Part shown: piece after piece, positions 52,102 to 61,099 of the stretch
How positions within the stretch are numbered: the first letter of the stretch is position 1
How the letters are laid out: each line of letters opens with the position of its first letter
Made by a program: the position numbers and the translations under genes
The notes under the pieces: generated by a model
The model's input: only the letters and a program-made list of their open reading frames with translations
What the model was told of the DNA's origin: nothing
Database searches by the model: none
NCBI GenBank assembly: GCA_037128595.1
Contig: JBAXWB010000016.1
Span: 19,819-83,818, forward strand
Direction of reading: 5' to 3'
From: a bacterium
Lineage (GTDB): Bacteria > Verrucomicrobiota > Kiritimatiellia > CAIKKV01 > CAITUY01
Length of the DNA stretch: 64,000 bases

Positions 52102-52144
52102 ACCCCCGCGCCGGCGACGGTAGCGGGGGTTTTTGTTTTTTTTG
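52102..52144 (+). terminator. Intrinsic terminator after hppA
   Basis: Stem ACCCCCGC/GCGGGGGT followed by a long T tract. Confidence 0.85.
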
Positions 52145-52169
52145 ACAAGGACGGCAGGGGTATGGTTCC

Positions 52170-52952
52170 ATGAGCATTATGAAGGTGACCTTTTTAGGAA
52201 CAGGAACGTCGGTGGGGATCCCCGTGATCGGGTGTGACTGCGCGGTATGCCGTTCGCCTGACTTGCGCAACCGGCGCCGGCGCTCGAGTGTGTACATCGA
52301 GGCGGCGGGCTTTCATGTTGTCATTGATACCTCCCTGGATTTTCGGGAGCAGGTGCTCGAGTATCGCGTGCCACGGATCGATGCCGTGTTGATTACCCAT
52401 TCCCATGCCGATCATATTTTCGGGTTGGATGATATCCGCAGGTTTAACACGCTTCAGGGGAGCAGCATTCCCGTGTATGCGTCAACCAGGACGATTGCCG
52501 ATCTCAAGCGGATTTTCTCCTATGTCGATCAGGCCGTTCCCGAGCCCGGTGTGTACCGGCCGCAGATTGTGTTTCAGGAGAAAAAGGGACGGTTTCAAGT
52601 GGGGCCCGTGACGGTGGATGCCTTGCCCGTGCTCCATGGCCGGACCGAGACCTATGGCTATCGACTGGAGTGGGAGGGGCGGACAGTCGGATATGTCCCT
52701 GACTGCAAGGAAATGCCCGCCGAGACGGTGGCGGCGTTCAAAGGCATCGATGTCATGATTCTGGACGGGTTGCGGCATGTCGACCATCCGACCCATCTGA
52801 CCGTGGCGTCGGCGCTCAGTTTGTTGGGCAAGATCGGCGCGAAACGCTCCTATCTCACTCACATTTGCCATGACCTGGATCATGAAGAAACGCAGGAAAC
52901 GCTACCGCCGGGCATCTTCCTGGCCTGTGACGGCATGACGCTGGCCTGGTAA
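52170..52952 (+). CDS. MBL-fold hydrolase (PhnP-like)
   Basis: FLGTGTSVGIPVIGCDCAVC, THSHADHIFGLDD, VLHG, HPTH, LTHICH. Confidence 0.88.
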   Translation: MSIMKVTFLGTGTSVGIPVIGCDCAVCRSPDLRNRRRRSSVYIEAAGFHVVIDTSLDFREQVLEYRVPRIDAVLITHSHADHIFGLDDIRRFNTLQGSSIPVYASTRTIADLKRIFSYVDQAVPEPGVYRPQIVFQEKKGRFQVGPVTVDALPVLHGRTETYGYRLEWEGRTVGYVPDCKEMPAETVAAFKGIDVMILDGLRHVDHPTHLTVASALSLLGKIGAKRSYLTHICHDLDHEETQETLPPGIFLACDGMTLAW

Positions 52953-52957
52953 ATCAC

Positions 52958-52980
52958 AAGGGTTTTGCTCTGTCAAAACC
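52958..52980 (+). repeat. REP-like palindrome, type A with degenerate tag
   Basis: AAGGGTTTTGCTCTGTCAAAACC. Confidence 0.75.
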
Positions 52981-53005
52981 TCTTTCTCCCTCCTATACTC
53001 ATCCC

Positions 53006-53653
53006 ATGAATCTGCAACATGGTGTATTTGTAACCGGGACGGATACCGGGGTGGGAAAGACCTTTGTGGCGGCCGGACTGCTGGCGGCCTTCCGGGCGGC
53101 AGGCCGGAATGTGGCCCCCATGAAGCCCGTACAAACCGGATGTCGCCTGCGCAAGGGGAAGCTGATGGCTCCGGATTTAATGGCCTCTCTCAAAGCCGGT
53201 GGGATGCGTGTGTCTGCGGCTGAAAAAGTCGATATGGCCCCGTATTGTTTCCAGCCGGCGTGTTCTCCTCATCTGGCCGCCCGCCTGGCCGGTCAGCGGA
53301 TCTCCCTGAATCACATTGAACGCGCCTATCTCCGGCTCAGCCGCATCTATGACGGGGTGATTGTGGAGGGGGCGGGCGGCGTGCTCGTGCCGTTGAATGC
53401 GAAGGAATCCATGCTCGACCTGATGCGGCACCTGCAGCTTCCGGTGCTCTTGGTGGCCCGGGCCGGACTGGGCACGATCAATCAGACCTTGCTCTCACTG
53501 CGGATTCTGAATGAAGCCAGACTCTCGGTGTTGGGCGTGGTGTTGAATCAGGTCAGCCCGGGGCGCTGGGGCCAGATCGAGGACGATAACCGGCGTACGA
53601 TTGAGCGGCTGGGTCAGGTCAAGGTGTTGGCCTGTGTCCGGTATGAACGTTAA
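53006..53653 (+). CDS. bioD: Dethiobiotin synthase
   Basis: FVTGTDTGVGKT, MKPVQTG, VEGAGG, GLGTINQT. Confidence 0.93.
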   Translation: MNLQHGVFVTGTDTGVGKTFVAAGLLAAFRAAGRNVAPMKPVQTGCRLRKGKLMAPDLMASLKAGGMRVSAAEKVDMAPYCFQPACSPHLAARLAGQRISLNHIERAYLRLSRIYDGVIVEGAGGVLVPLNAKESMLDLMRHLQLPVLLVARAGLGTINQTLLSLRILNEARLSVLGVVLNQVSPGRWGQIEDDNRRTIERLGQVKVLACVRYER

Positions 53654-54798
53654 GGCTGGATGCGAACCACTTTTGTGCCGGGGGGGATCTCGAGGGTGAG
53701 GTGGCCGGCCAGTTCCGAGAACCCGCCTTTGGGAATGCAGCTGAACCGTAACACCGGTGTTCCATTCGTTTGGCTCCAACTGGCACTATGCCGGATCCGG
53801 CTCCAAGGCCAGCCAAAGCCCTGTACCTCACCTGTGATGATGATGCGGTCTGGATGGGCCATGGCGGGCTTTTGTTCAACCAGGCAATAATCCGGAAAGG
53901 GCTGTCCCGGAGTGGCGACCACCAGTTCAATCATCGGCAGGTTTCCCGGGGGAATCGGTTCATTATAGGCAATTTCCAAAAAAGCGGGAGTGCCGAGAAG
54001 AACGGCGGCAATGGCACCCCCTGCCAGGGGCGGCGCCAACCAGAGCAGCCATTTGGTTCGCCACCGTGAGGTCAAGGGCAGGGTGTCCGGATGGTCTTCA
54101 TGGAAAGGGATTTTCAGGACAAAATAGTAGAGGATCCAGGCGGCCAGACAGGGGAAGAGGGCGGACCAGACGACATCGGATGCGAAGTGGGCACCTGCCG
54201 CCATGCGGGCGATTCCAATCAGCGTCCCATAGACCATGGCGCCGGCCAGAAGCGATAATCGAATGATTTTTTTACGGCGCCGTGCCAGGAAATAAACCAC
54301 CACAAAGTAATACCCCATGGAGCTGTGCCCACATGGGAACGATTTACCGCGTCCCCCCACGCCCTTCTCATGAAAGCACTGGTAGTCCATCCGCCCCCCG
54401 AACTCGCTGATCATTTTCGGCCGGGGCCGCCCCCAATGATCTTTAAAAACCGTGTTGACCAGAAAACCGGGGCCGATGACCAGCGTGAGAAAAAGGAATG
54501 CCGCCTGGCGGCGCCATTTCATCAGGGAGGGGCGATACCGGGCTATGACGAGAATCCCCAGTCCTATCAGCGCGGTGACCAGGCCAGGCCAAGTGCCAAA
54601 GGTGTAAAGGAATTTGATGAATCCGTTAAACTCAAACGGCCAGGGGTGGGTGAACGCGGGGTTATAAAACCAGGAGGTGATCCTGAGATCCAGTGCAGGC
54701 GTGAGAAAAGGAACGGTCGCGGCAACGGCTAACAGGAGGATCCACGCCAGATCGGGGAGCCAGAGTCGGCGGTAGTGAGATGGGGAAGACTCAATCAC
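53650..54798 (-). CDS. PAP2-family phosphatase (LpxF-like) with C-terminal extension
   Basis: FKDHWGRPRP, SFPCGH, RMAAGAHFASDV. Confidence 0.85.
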   Translation of the reverse strand: MIESSPSHYRRLWLPDLAWILLLAVAATVPFLTPALDLRITSWFYNPAFTHPWPFEFNGFIKFLYTFGTWPGLVTALIGLGILVIARYRPSLMKWRRQAAFLFLTLVIGPGFLVNTVFKDHWGRPRPKMISEFGGRMDYQCFHEKGVGGRGKSFPCGHSSMGYYFVVVYFLARRRKKIIRLSLLAGAMVYGTLIGIARMAAGAHFASDVVWSALFPCLAAWILYYFVLKIPFHEDHPDTLPLTSRWRTKWLLWLAPPLAGGAIAAVLLGTPAFLEIAYNEPIPPGNLPMIELVVATPGQPFPDYCLVEQKPAMAHPDRIIITGEVQGFGWPWSRIRHSASWSQTNGTPVLRFSCIPKGGFSELAGHLTLEIPPGTKVVRIQP

Positions 54799-55921
54799 AG
54801 CGCTTGATGAGGTACATGCCCAGGCTGGTCGCGAGGACGACCGGTATCCACAATATGAAGTGGGGCTGGGTCCAGGGGTATTTGGTCAGGGTTTCGGCCA
54901 CAATCACGAAGAGATAGAAGGTGAAGATCAGGCCCAGGCTGATGCCGATGCCGATGGTGGTTTCCTGGCGATGGGTTTTGGTAGCGAGCGGGGCGCCCAA
55001 AAGGACAAAGACAAAACAGGAGATGGCCATGACCAGCCGTTTGTTGAATTCCACCTTGAGCGCCATGTCCTGCTTGATAAGGCCGGCGTCATCCATTTCT
55101 GGATAGGACTGCATGAGACTGCCGCGGGTCTCGATGATTTCGTCCAGGGTCATGTCGCTTTTCCGCTTTATTTTTCTGGAAGTATCCTGTCCTGTCATCC
55201 GTGACAGATCAATCGAATAGGGGAAGTGGCTGGCGGTACCCGCTCCCGGCTTGTCCTCGTAAAAGGGATCGATCCGCACATCATACAGGTCAATCAGGAT
55301 GCTCTTCTTGTCGTCGGCGGAAGAAACGGTACCGGATCGTGCCCGGATCTCGCGGGCAGGCGAGGTTTTCTGTTTGGCCTGATAGATGATGATGTCCTCG
55401 ATCTTATTATCACGCTTGCTGCCGATGTAGAAGGTCATCCCTGGAAAATCGCGGATGGGCCGTCCTTCTTCAATCAGTTGCAGGGGGGATTCCAGGCCTA
55501 ACTGGCGCAAGGTATCCCGGCGCGTATGGGTGCTCTCGGGGATCAGGGAGGCATTGAGGTAAAGGCAGACAGCGGACATCAGGAGGGCAAAGAGGATAGG
55601 TTGCCGCATGATTTGGAGCATCCGGATGCCACTGCTTTTCATGGCCGTGATTTCGCCGTTGGCGGAGAGTTTGCCGAACGTCAGAAGCGCGGCGGTAATG
55701 ACACTGAAGGGGATGGAGAAGCCGACAGCGGATGGCAGCCCGGCCAGGAAAATCTTGCCGATCAGATAAAGAGAGCCTCCCATGGCGATGGCATCGGCAA
55801 TGCGGAAAAGGACCATGACGCACATGACAAACGTCAGCACGAGCAGGGTCATCACAAACGTGACCAGGTAACTATTCCGAACGTATCGTGAAACAATGCG
55901 CAAGTCGGGCAATCTCCTCAA
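54791..55921 (-). CDS. LptF/LptG-family LPS export permease
   Basis: SIPFSVITAALLTFGKLSANGEITAMKSSGI, EFNKRLVMAISCFVFVLLGAPL; start uncertain. Confidence 0.88.
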   Translation of the reverse strand: MRRLPDLRIVSRYVRNSYLVTFVMTLLVLTFVMCVMVLFRIADAIAMGGSLYLIGKIFLAGLPSAVGFSIPFSVITAALLTFGKLSANGEITAMKSSGIRMLQIMRQPILFALLMSAVCLYLNASLIPESTHTRRDTLRQLGLESPLQLIEEGRPIRDFPGMTFYIGSKRDNKIEDIIIYQAKQKTSPAREIRARSGTVSSADDKKSILIDLYDVRIDPFYEDKPGAGTASHFPYSIDLSRMTGQDTSRKIKRKSDMTLDEIIETRGSLMQSYPEMDDAGLIKQDMALKVEFNKRLVMAISCFVFVLLGAPLATKTHRQETTIGIGISLGLIFTFYLFVIVAETLTKYPWTQPHFILWIPVVLATSLGMYLIKRCD

Positions 55922-55975
55922 ACGGTTCCGTTCTTATACTGGTGGACAGGGGCTCAAGTCAACGCGGAAGGGAGG

Positions 55976-57553
55976 CTATTTGGTATGGGGTTCGCGCCAG
56001 GGCCCGCGATACTCGTAGGCAAAAAAGACCCGGCCGTAAAAACGGGAACGTTCAATGAGTTGAAAATAAAGCGCCTTCTCCCATACCCAGCGCTCATTCC
56101 CCAGCAGGATCGCCGGCCTGCCGAGCAGCTGCGGATTCCCGAGATCCGTGTCAGGGAAGTAGTCGTAAGAGGATTCCCGCCCGCCCATATAGCTGTCGGC
56201 ACTGCACACACGGGGATGACCCTTGCCATAAAAGGCCAGCAGGGCCGCCTGGCCATAGGTTGAGGCAATATAGAAGGGTTCCTTCCCGGTGTCCCGGGCC
56301 AGTTCGCCGGCCGCGCGTTCCACACTGGCGGCAATCTCCTTGAAGCCGGTGATGCGTTTCAGTATCGGTCGAGTGTCAATGGTGTAGCCGGGGAGCTGGA
56401 GCCCATTGACGGCCGCGATGGGATATTTCCCTAGTGCGATAAAGAAAAGACTTACGAGCCCGATTCCGGCGGTCCAGTGCCAGAGCTTGCGGGTCAGGGC
56501 ATCAGGCCTAGGCTGAGTGGCCAGAAAACAGGCCAGGGGAACCAGGAAAATAGTGAATCCGGCCGCCGGCCAGTTGAGTTTGACATCGGTGCGTGAGGAA
56601 ATCAGCAGGTAGAAAACCAGAACAGGGATGGCCGTGTGTAGGGAATAGGAGCTGATGTTTCTGAATTCCGTCTGCCGGTGCTGCGGTTTGAAAGCTTCGC
56701 GCAGGGCCTGGAACAGCAGGAAGGACGCCGGGGGTGCCAGAATGGCGAACGGATAGATCAAATAGGAGAGCGTCCAGAGGGGATTGTAGGGCCACCCCGT
56801 GTGGGCCGGGGCATCGCCGCCCGGGAGGCGGGTGGCGCCGATCAGATGGGCGAGGGTGGGCCAGTCCCGTTGGGCGTTCCAGATCGTGATGGGAAGGGAG
56901 AACAGGACCACTCCCGCGAGGACGGCCAGCAGGGCGGCCCCCCGCTGTGTCCGTGAGTACACACCATGGCGGAACAGGTAGATCAGGATGCCGGGCAATG
57001 CCAGCAGCATGGTATATTTGCACAGCATCCCCAGTCCAATCAGCGCACCGAGCAGGAAGAACCCGGCGGCGGAGGCTGTTGGCTTTTTCGAGATCTGCCA
57101 ACCTGCGAAGGCGGCCGTGATCCAGCAGACGTAGTAGAGCCCGTCCGTGGTCATGAATTGGGCGGTCCCCTGGAAGACCGGGATCAGGTTGAACAGGAGG
57201 AAGGCAAACCAGCCGGCCCGGAGGTTGCCGCCTGAGGCGGACCAGGCGAAGCGCGCCAATAACAGACTGGCGGCAAAGGAGGCCAGCGCGGCTGGAAGCC
57301 GCACCGCCCACTCGGTGATACCGAAGAGATGGACGCTGGCGGCAATCAGCCAGGCGACGGCCGGGCCCTTGCTGTAGTAGGACCAATCGAGGCGCCGGGA
57401 CCAATCCCAGTATTGTGCCTCATCGGGGACCAGGTCGTAAGGACAGACCCAGATCAGGTAAGCCGTGCGAAGAAACAAAAGGGCCATGGCGGCGAGCAGA
57501 ATACCCGCCCATCCATGAGCCCAGCGTGTCAAAGGGTGATTTGAAATCGACAT
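55976..57553 (-). CDS. ArnT/PMT (GT39-like) membrane glycosyltransferase
   Basis: LVPDEAQYWDWSRRLDWSYYSKGP, AVRLPA, MTTDG, GLGMLCKYT, KLNWP. Confidence 0.85.
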   Translation of the reverse strand: MSISNHPLTRWAHGWAGILLAAMALLFLRTAYLIWVCPYDLVPDEAQYWDWSRRLDWSYYSKGPAVAWLIAASVHLFGITEWAVRLPAALASFAASLLLARFAWSASGGNLRAGWFAFLLFNLIPVFQGTAQFMTTDGLYYVCWITAAFAGWQISKKPTASAAGFFLLGALIGLGMLCKYTMLLALPGILIYLFRHGVYSRTQRGAALLAVLAGVVLFSLPITIWNAQRDWPTLAHLIGATRLPGGDAPAHTGWPYNPLWTLSYLIYPFAILAPPASFLLFQALREAFKPQHRQTEFRNISSYSLHTAIPVLVFYLLISSRTDVKLNWPAAGFTIFLVPLACFLATQPRPDALTRKLWHWTAGIGLVSLFFIALGKYPIAAVNGLQLPGYTIDTRPILKRITGFKEIAASVERAAGELARDTGKEPFYIASTYGQAALLAFYGKGHPRVCSADSYMGGRESSYDYFPDTDLGNPQLLGRPAILLGNERWVWEKALYFQLIERSRFYGRVFFAYEYRGPWREPHTK

Positions 57554-57559
57554 CAGGAC

Positions 57560-58063
57560 CTATTTCAAACCACGCTTGACCATCATCACCATGTCCTCCA
57601 TGAGATTCTGCAGGTCTTCCTCATGCGTCACCTCGTCCTGAAGAATCTGCAGGACCATGTTGTAGGTCACGGGATCGCGGTCCCGGCTGAACTTGAGCAG
57701 TTCATTGTAGTGCTTGATGGCGCATTGTTCGCCGCTGATGTTCTGGTCGAGGACCACCTTGACGTAGGGATCCTTGGGGGCGGCGTAACCGCAATGGGTC
57801 AGTTTCAACCAGACTTCCGGGCTGAGGGCGGGGGTCCCCCCGAGCTGGATGATCCGGTCGGCGTCCAGGCCGGCGTGGCGGAGTTCATCCGCGGCATGCT
57901 GGATCAGTTCTGCCATCACGGCATCTTTCATGGGGCCTTTGACGACCTTGGCCCCGAGCCAGTACTGGTAATAGGCCAGCCACTCGTCACAATAGAGCTT
58001 GTTCAGCATGGCGATGATCTTGTCCACATCCTTGCCCACAATCTGTCTTCCTGCGGTACCCAT
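57560..58063 (-). CDS. DPS-like thioferritin (ferritin-like)
   Basis: DEWLAYYQYW, DELRHA, EQCAI, DEVTHE diiron ligands plus the Cys pair (LTHCGY, GEQCAI); SD AGGAG. Confidence 0.82.
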   Translation of the reverse strand: MGTAGRQIVGKDVDKIIAMLNKLYCDEWLAYYQYWLGAKVVKGPMKDAVMAELIQHAADELRHAGLDADRIIQLGGTPALSPEVWLKLTHCGYAAPKDPYVKVVLDQNISGEQCAIKHYNELLKFSRDRDPVTYNMVLQILQDEVTHEEDLQNLMEDMVMMVKRGLK

Positions 58064-58118
58064 GGTGTTCTCCTGTTTTAGATGGCTTGAGTGGTCTGTT
58101 CTTTTCCAGACACCTCAA

Positions 58119-58147
58119 ACAGTAATGCGGTTTTGGAAGATCGTCAA
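58119..58147 (-). promoter_or_regulatory. Candidate sigma-70 promoter for the thioferritin
   Basis: TTGACG-N17-TACTGT on the minus strand. Confidence 0.45.
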
Positions 58148-58166
58148 TGGTGCAGTCGCACCGAAT

Positions 58167-59321
58167 TCAGACCGGCTCGATGACCACGCGTTTGCCTTGG
58201 GCGCGGAGCTTGTCGGCGAGGAGGGGGACGATGGTGGCGCGCGGTAATACGCCGCGTTGTTTGAAGCTGATGTGGTTGAAGGCGGGGTTGAGGCTGCCGC
58301 CCATGATGAAGTGGATCCGGTCTGCGGCCCTCATAAAGTGGAAGAGCTGGGTGACGCCGCTCTCCTCATCAAATGTCTCCGGATCGGCATCAAGGATGTT
58401 GTAGACCTGATTGAGCGTCATGGCCCCCTCGGTCAGCAGGTCAATGCCCTCCAGCCGGGAACTGGGCGGGGCAATGAGACTCTCGTCCGTCTGGTCAAGG
58501 ATCAGGGGTTTGCCGGTGAAATCCGAGACGATCCGTGCGGTGGTGCCGCCGCAGATGGCCTTCCAGCCCGTCGTATCAAGGAACCGTTGAACGACTTTGG
58601 CATCCTGGTGTGGCACACTGGGCGGGCCGGTAAAAATAGTGAGGGTCTTGCTGGGGCGGCACGAGGCCAGCAGAACGGTCTGGTCATCCGTGGTGCCGCC
58701 ATCCCCCAGCCGGACCGCCTCCTGCATGATGAGGGGGGGGAGTTGCTCCAGCGTGTCGTGGTCAGGTTGACGCTGGGTCAGGAATCGGGCCACGCCCTCC
58801 ACGCCCCAGGCCTGATGGAAGCGGGTGCCTATCCCCGCCTGGGTAATGCCGTCGCTGACCAGGATAATGGCCTCATCGGGTTGCAGGACGCAATGGGTTT
58901 CCAGCAACAGGGCCTTTCCCACCGTAAGGGAACGGGTGGGCAGGGGCGAGGTCGTCCGTCGGGAGTACAGCAGAGGGGGGGGGATTTCGTAGGAGAGGGC
59001 GGTCATATTACCGTCGTTCAGGATCCGGGCGGCGGTAAAGGCGCAATAGGTCGTGGCTTCCGGTTTGGCCTGCTCCATGGTCGTGGCCACCTCGGAGACG
59101 GCGTGGCGCAGGGAAAAGCCGTTCTGGATCAGCGTGCGTAGACGGGCGGCACACAGGGTGGCGGCAATGTTGGCGCGGATGCCTGAGCCGATGCCATCAC
59201 AGAGCAGCAGCAGCGTGGCATGCTCGTCACGGTCACATAACACCACATCCCCGCAGACATCCCCGGCATGCTTGGCCGTCTGTGCAATCTGGGTTTCAAT
59301 ATGGATATCGCTTTTGGCCAT
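58167..59321 (-). CDS. SpoIIE/PP2C-type Ser/Thr phosphatase (HfsC-like)
   Basis: LCDGIGSGIRANIAA, VSDGITQAG, TDDQTV, CGGTTA, DGAMTL-like EGAMTL. Confidence 0.85.
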   Translation of the reverse strand: MAKSDIHIETQIAQTAKHAGDVCGDVVLCDRDEHATLLLLCDGIGSGIRANIAATLCAARLRTLIQNGFSLRHAVSEVATTMEQAKPEATTYCAFTAARILNDGNMTALSYEIPPPLLYSRRTTSPLPTRSLTVGKALLLETHCVLQPDEAIILVSDGITQAGIGTRFHQAWGVEGVARFLTQRQPDHDTLEQLPPLIMQEAVRLGDGGTTDDQTVLLASCRPSKTLTIFTGPPSVPHQDAKVVQRFLDTTGWKAICGGTTARIVSDFTGKPLILDQTDESLIAPPSSRLEGIDLLTEGAMTLNQVYNILDADPETFDEESGVTQLFHFMRAADRIHFIMGGSLNPAFNHISFKQRGVLPRATIVPLLADKLRAQGKRVVIEPV

Positions 59322-59333
59322 GTGGGCTTCAGC

Positions 59334-61076
59334 CTATTTAGTCTTTGGTCCCGGGGCATCCTTGGCGATCCGGCGCAGGTTCTCCACAAGTTTCTCGCCA
59401 TGGGCCGTGCTTTCGCCGAGAAACTTGGCCATCGTCTGGGCCATGGTGATCTGGTGATTCAGAAGGTCCTGTGCCTGCCGCACGGTCTGGGCGCGCATGG
59501 CATCCAGTTTCTGCTGGCTGTCCCGGCTGTTGGTGATATTGACGAAAATCCCCACGACCTGCCGGTCCTCCGGCAGGCTATAGATGATCTGGTGGCAGGT
59601 CAGCCCGTATTTGCTGTGTTCCACCACCGTCTCCAGTTTGCTGGCGCGGCCGGCGGACACCTGTTCGAACGGCTCGGGATCCATGAGATAGGAGACCGGT
59701 TTGCCGCAGACCGCATCGGAGCACATGAAGAATTTCCGGAAGGCCGGGTTCATGTTGAGAATCGTCAGATGCTCATCCACGATAATGATGCCGTTGGGGC
59801 TGGTCTCAATGATGCGGTCGCGCCGTTGTTCGGCCAGGCGCCGCATATAGGGGATGCACATTTCCACCTCGGCCATGCCGCGGACCACTGCAATGGCCTT
59901 GTCGCGACAGGACCCATAGCCGCAGGCCCCGCAATTGAGCTCCTCTTCCGGGCTGGTCTTGCCGGTGAGGCCGAGGACCCGGCGGATCTCTGATTCCGGT
60001 ACCTCCTGGGCCCAGCGCGGGCTTTCCGTGAAGAGGGTGGCCAGCTGGGCGTCCGGCAGGTTGGGGCGCGGGCCGTTGGCCGGATGGCTGCCGGCATAGG
60101 CGCTCAGCTGCTGGCGGCGGGTGAAGACGGGCGCGGCTTCGCCCACCAGGGCCGGCCCGTTGATACAGCCCTGATGGCAGAAGAGTGGCTCCAGCAGGAA
60201 GGGGCCGGCGGTGGGGTCATGGATCGTATCCAGGACATCGCCGAGTTCCCCGGCGCCGGTGACGGTGATGACGCGCGGGCTCAGGACATCGGTCTCAAGG
60301 CCGCCGGTGTGAGCGGCGCCCCCGGCCAGGGGAAAGAGCCGGGCTCCGCCCGCAGGCTGTTCATCGAAATTGCTCTCCTCGCAGCGTGACAGTTCAATGC
60401 CGGCCGCCGCCAGCCAATCGCGCAGTTCCGGGAAGGTGAGGACGCAGTCGACCGCGCCGGCCAGTTCCGGGCGTGATGCCTCGAACTTCTTGGCCACGCA
60501 GGGCCCGATAAAAATGACTTGCGCGGCGGCACCCAGCCGGGTTTTGAGATGGCGGGCATGGGCGATCATGGGGGAGACCACCGGAAGCAGCCGGTCCACC
60601 AGGTGCGGGCGGTACATCTCCACATACCGGACCACGGCCGGGCAGGCCGTCATGATGCGCGACTCGTCCTGATGCCGGGTGGCGAGTTCGGCGGTGCGGC
60701 GGGCTACCTCAAAGGCCCCTACGGCCGTTTCTGACACAAACGTGAAACCCAGTTTCCGCAGGGCCGAGGGCAGGCGGAGCCGTTCCCATTCCGAGAAGAC
60801 GGCGGCAAAGGCCGGCGCCACACTCGCGGCGATGTGCCCGGTCTTCTCCGCCATCAGCTGGCGGGCCCGCGCCAGATCCTGGCGGAAGGTCTTGGCCCCC
60901 TGCGGGCATTCGCGGATACAGGTGCCGCAATTGATGCAGAGGTCGTCGACCACAAAGGCCTGTCCCTCCTTCATCCGGATGGCCTTCACCGGACAGACGC
61001 GGACACAGCGGTAGCAGTCGCGACATCGTGCCTTGTTGGTGAAGACGACCTGTCCGGGTTTGTCTGTGCTGACCAT
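59334..61076 (-). CDS. Group C sensory [FeFe]-hydrogenase with PAS domain (HydS/HfsB-like)
   Basis: 2x[4Fe-4S] (CRDCYRCVRVCP, CINCGTCIRECP), H-cluster motifs TACP/GPCVAKKFEA/FCHQGC, FeS motif NCGACGYGSC, PAS (IIETSPNGIIIVD). Confidence 0.85.
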   Translation of the reverse strand: MVSTDKPGQVVFTNKARCRDCYRCVRVCPVKAIRMKEGQAFVVDDLCINCGTCIRECPQGAKTFRQDLARARQLMAEKTGHIAASVAPAFAAVFSEWERLRLPSALRKLGFTFVSETAVGAFEVARRTAELATRHQDESRIMTACPAVVRYVEMYRPHLVDRLLPVVSPMIAHARHLKTRLGAAAQVIFIGPCVAKKFEASRPELAGAVDCVLTFPELRDWLAAAGIELSRCEESNFDEQPAGGARLFPLAGGAAHTGGLETDVLSPRVITVTGAGELGDVLDTIHDPTAGPFLLEPLFCHQGCINGPALVGEAAPVFTRRQQLSAYAGSHPANGPRPNLPDAQLATLFTESPRWAQEVPESEIRRVLGLTGKTSPEEELNCGACGYGSCRDKAIAVVRGMAEVEMCIPYMRRLAEQRRDRIIETSPNGIIIVDEHLTILNMNPAFRKFFMCSDAVCGKPVSYLMDPEPFEQVSAGRASKLETVVEHSKYGLTCHQIIYSLPEDRQVVGIFVNITNSRDSQQKLDAMRAQTVRQAQDLLNHQITMAQTMAKFLGESTAHGEKLVENLRRIAKDAPGPKTK

Positions 61077-61099
61077 GGGATCCTTTCTGTCTGACGCGG

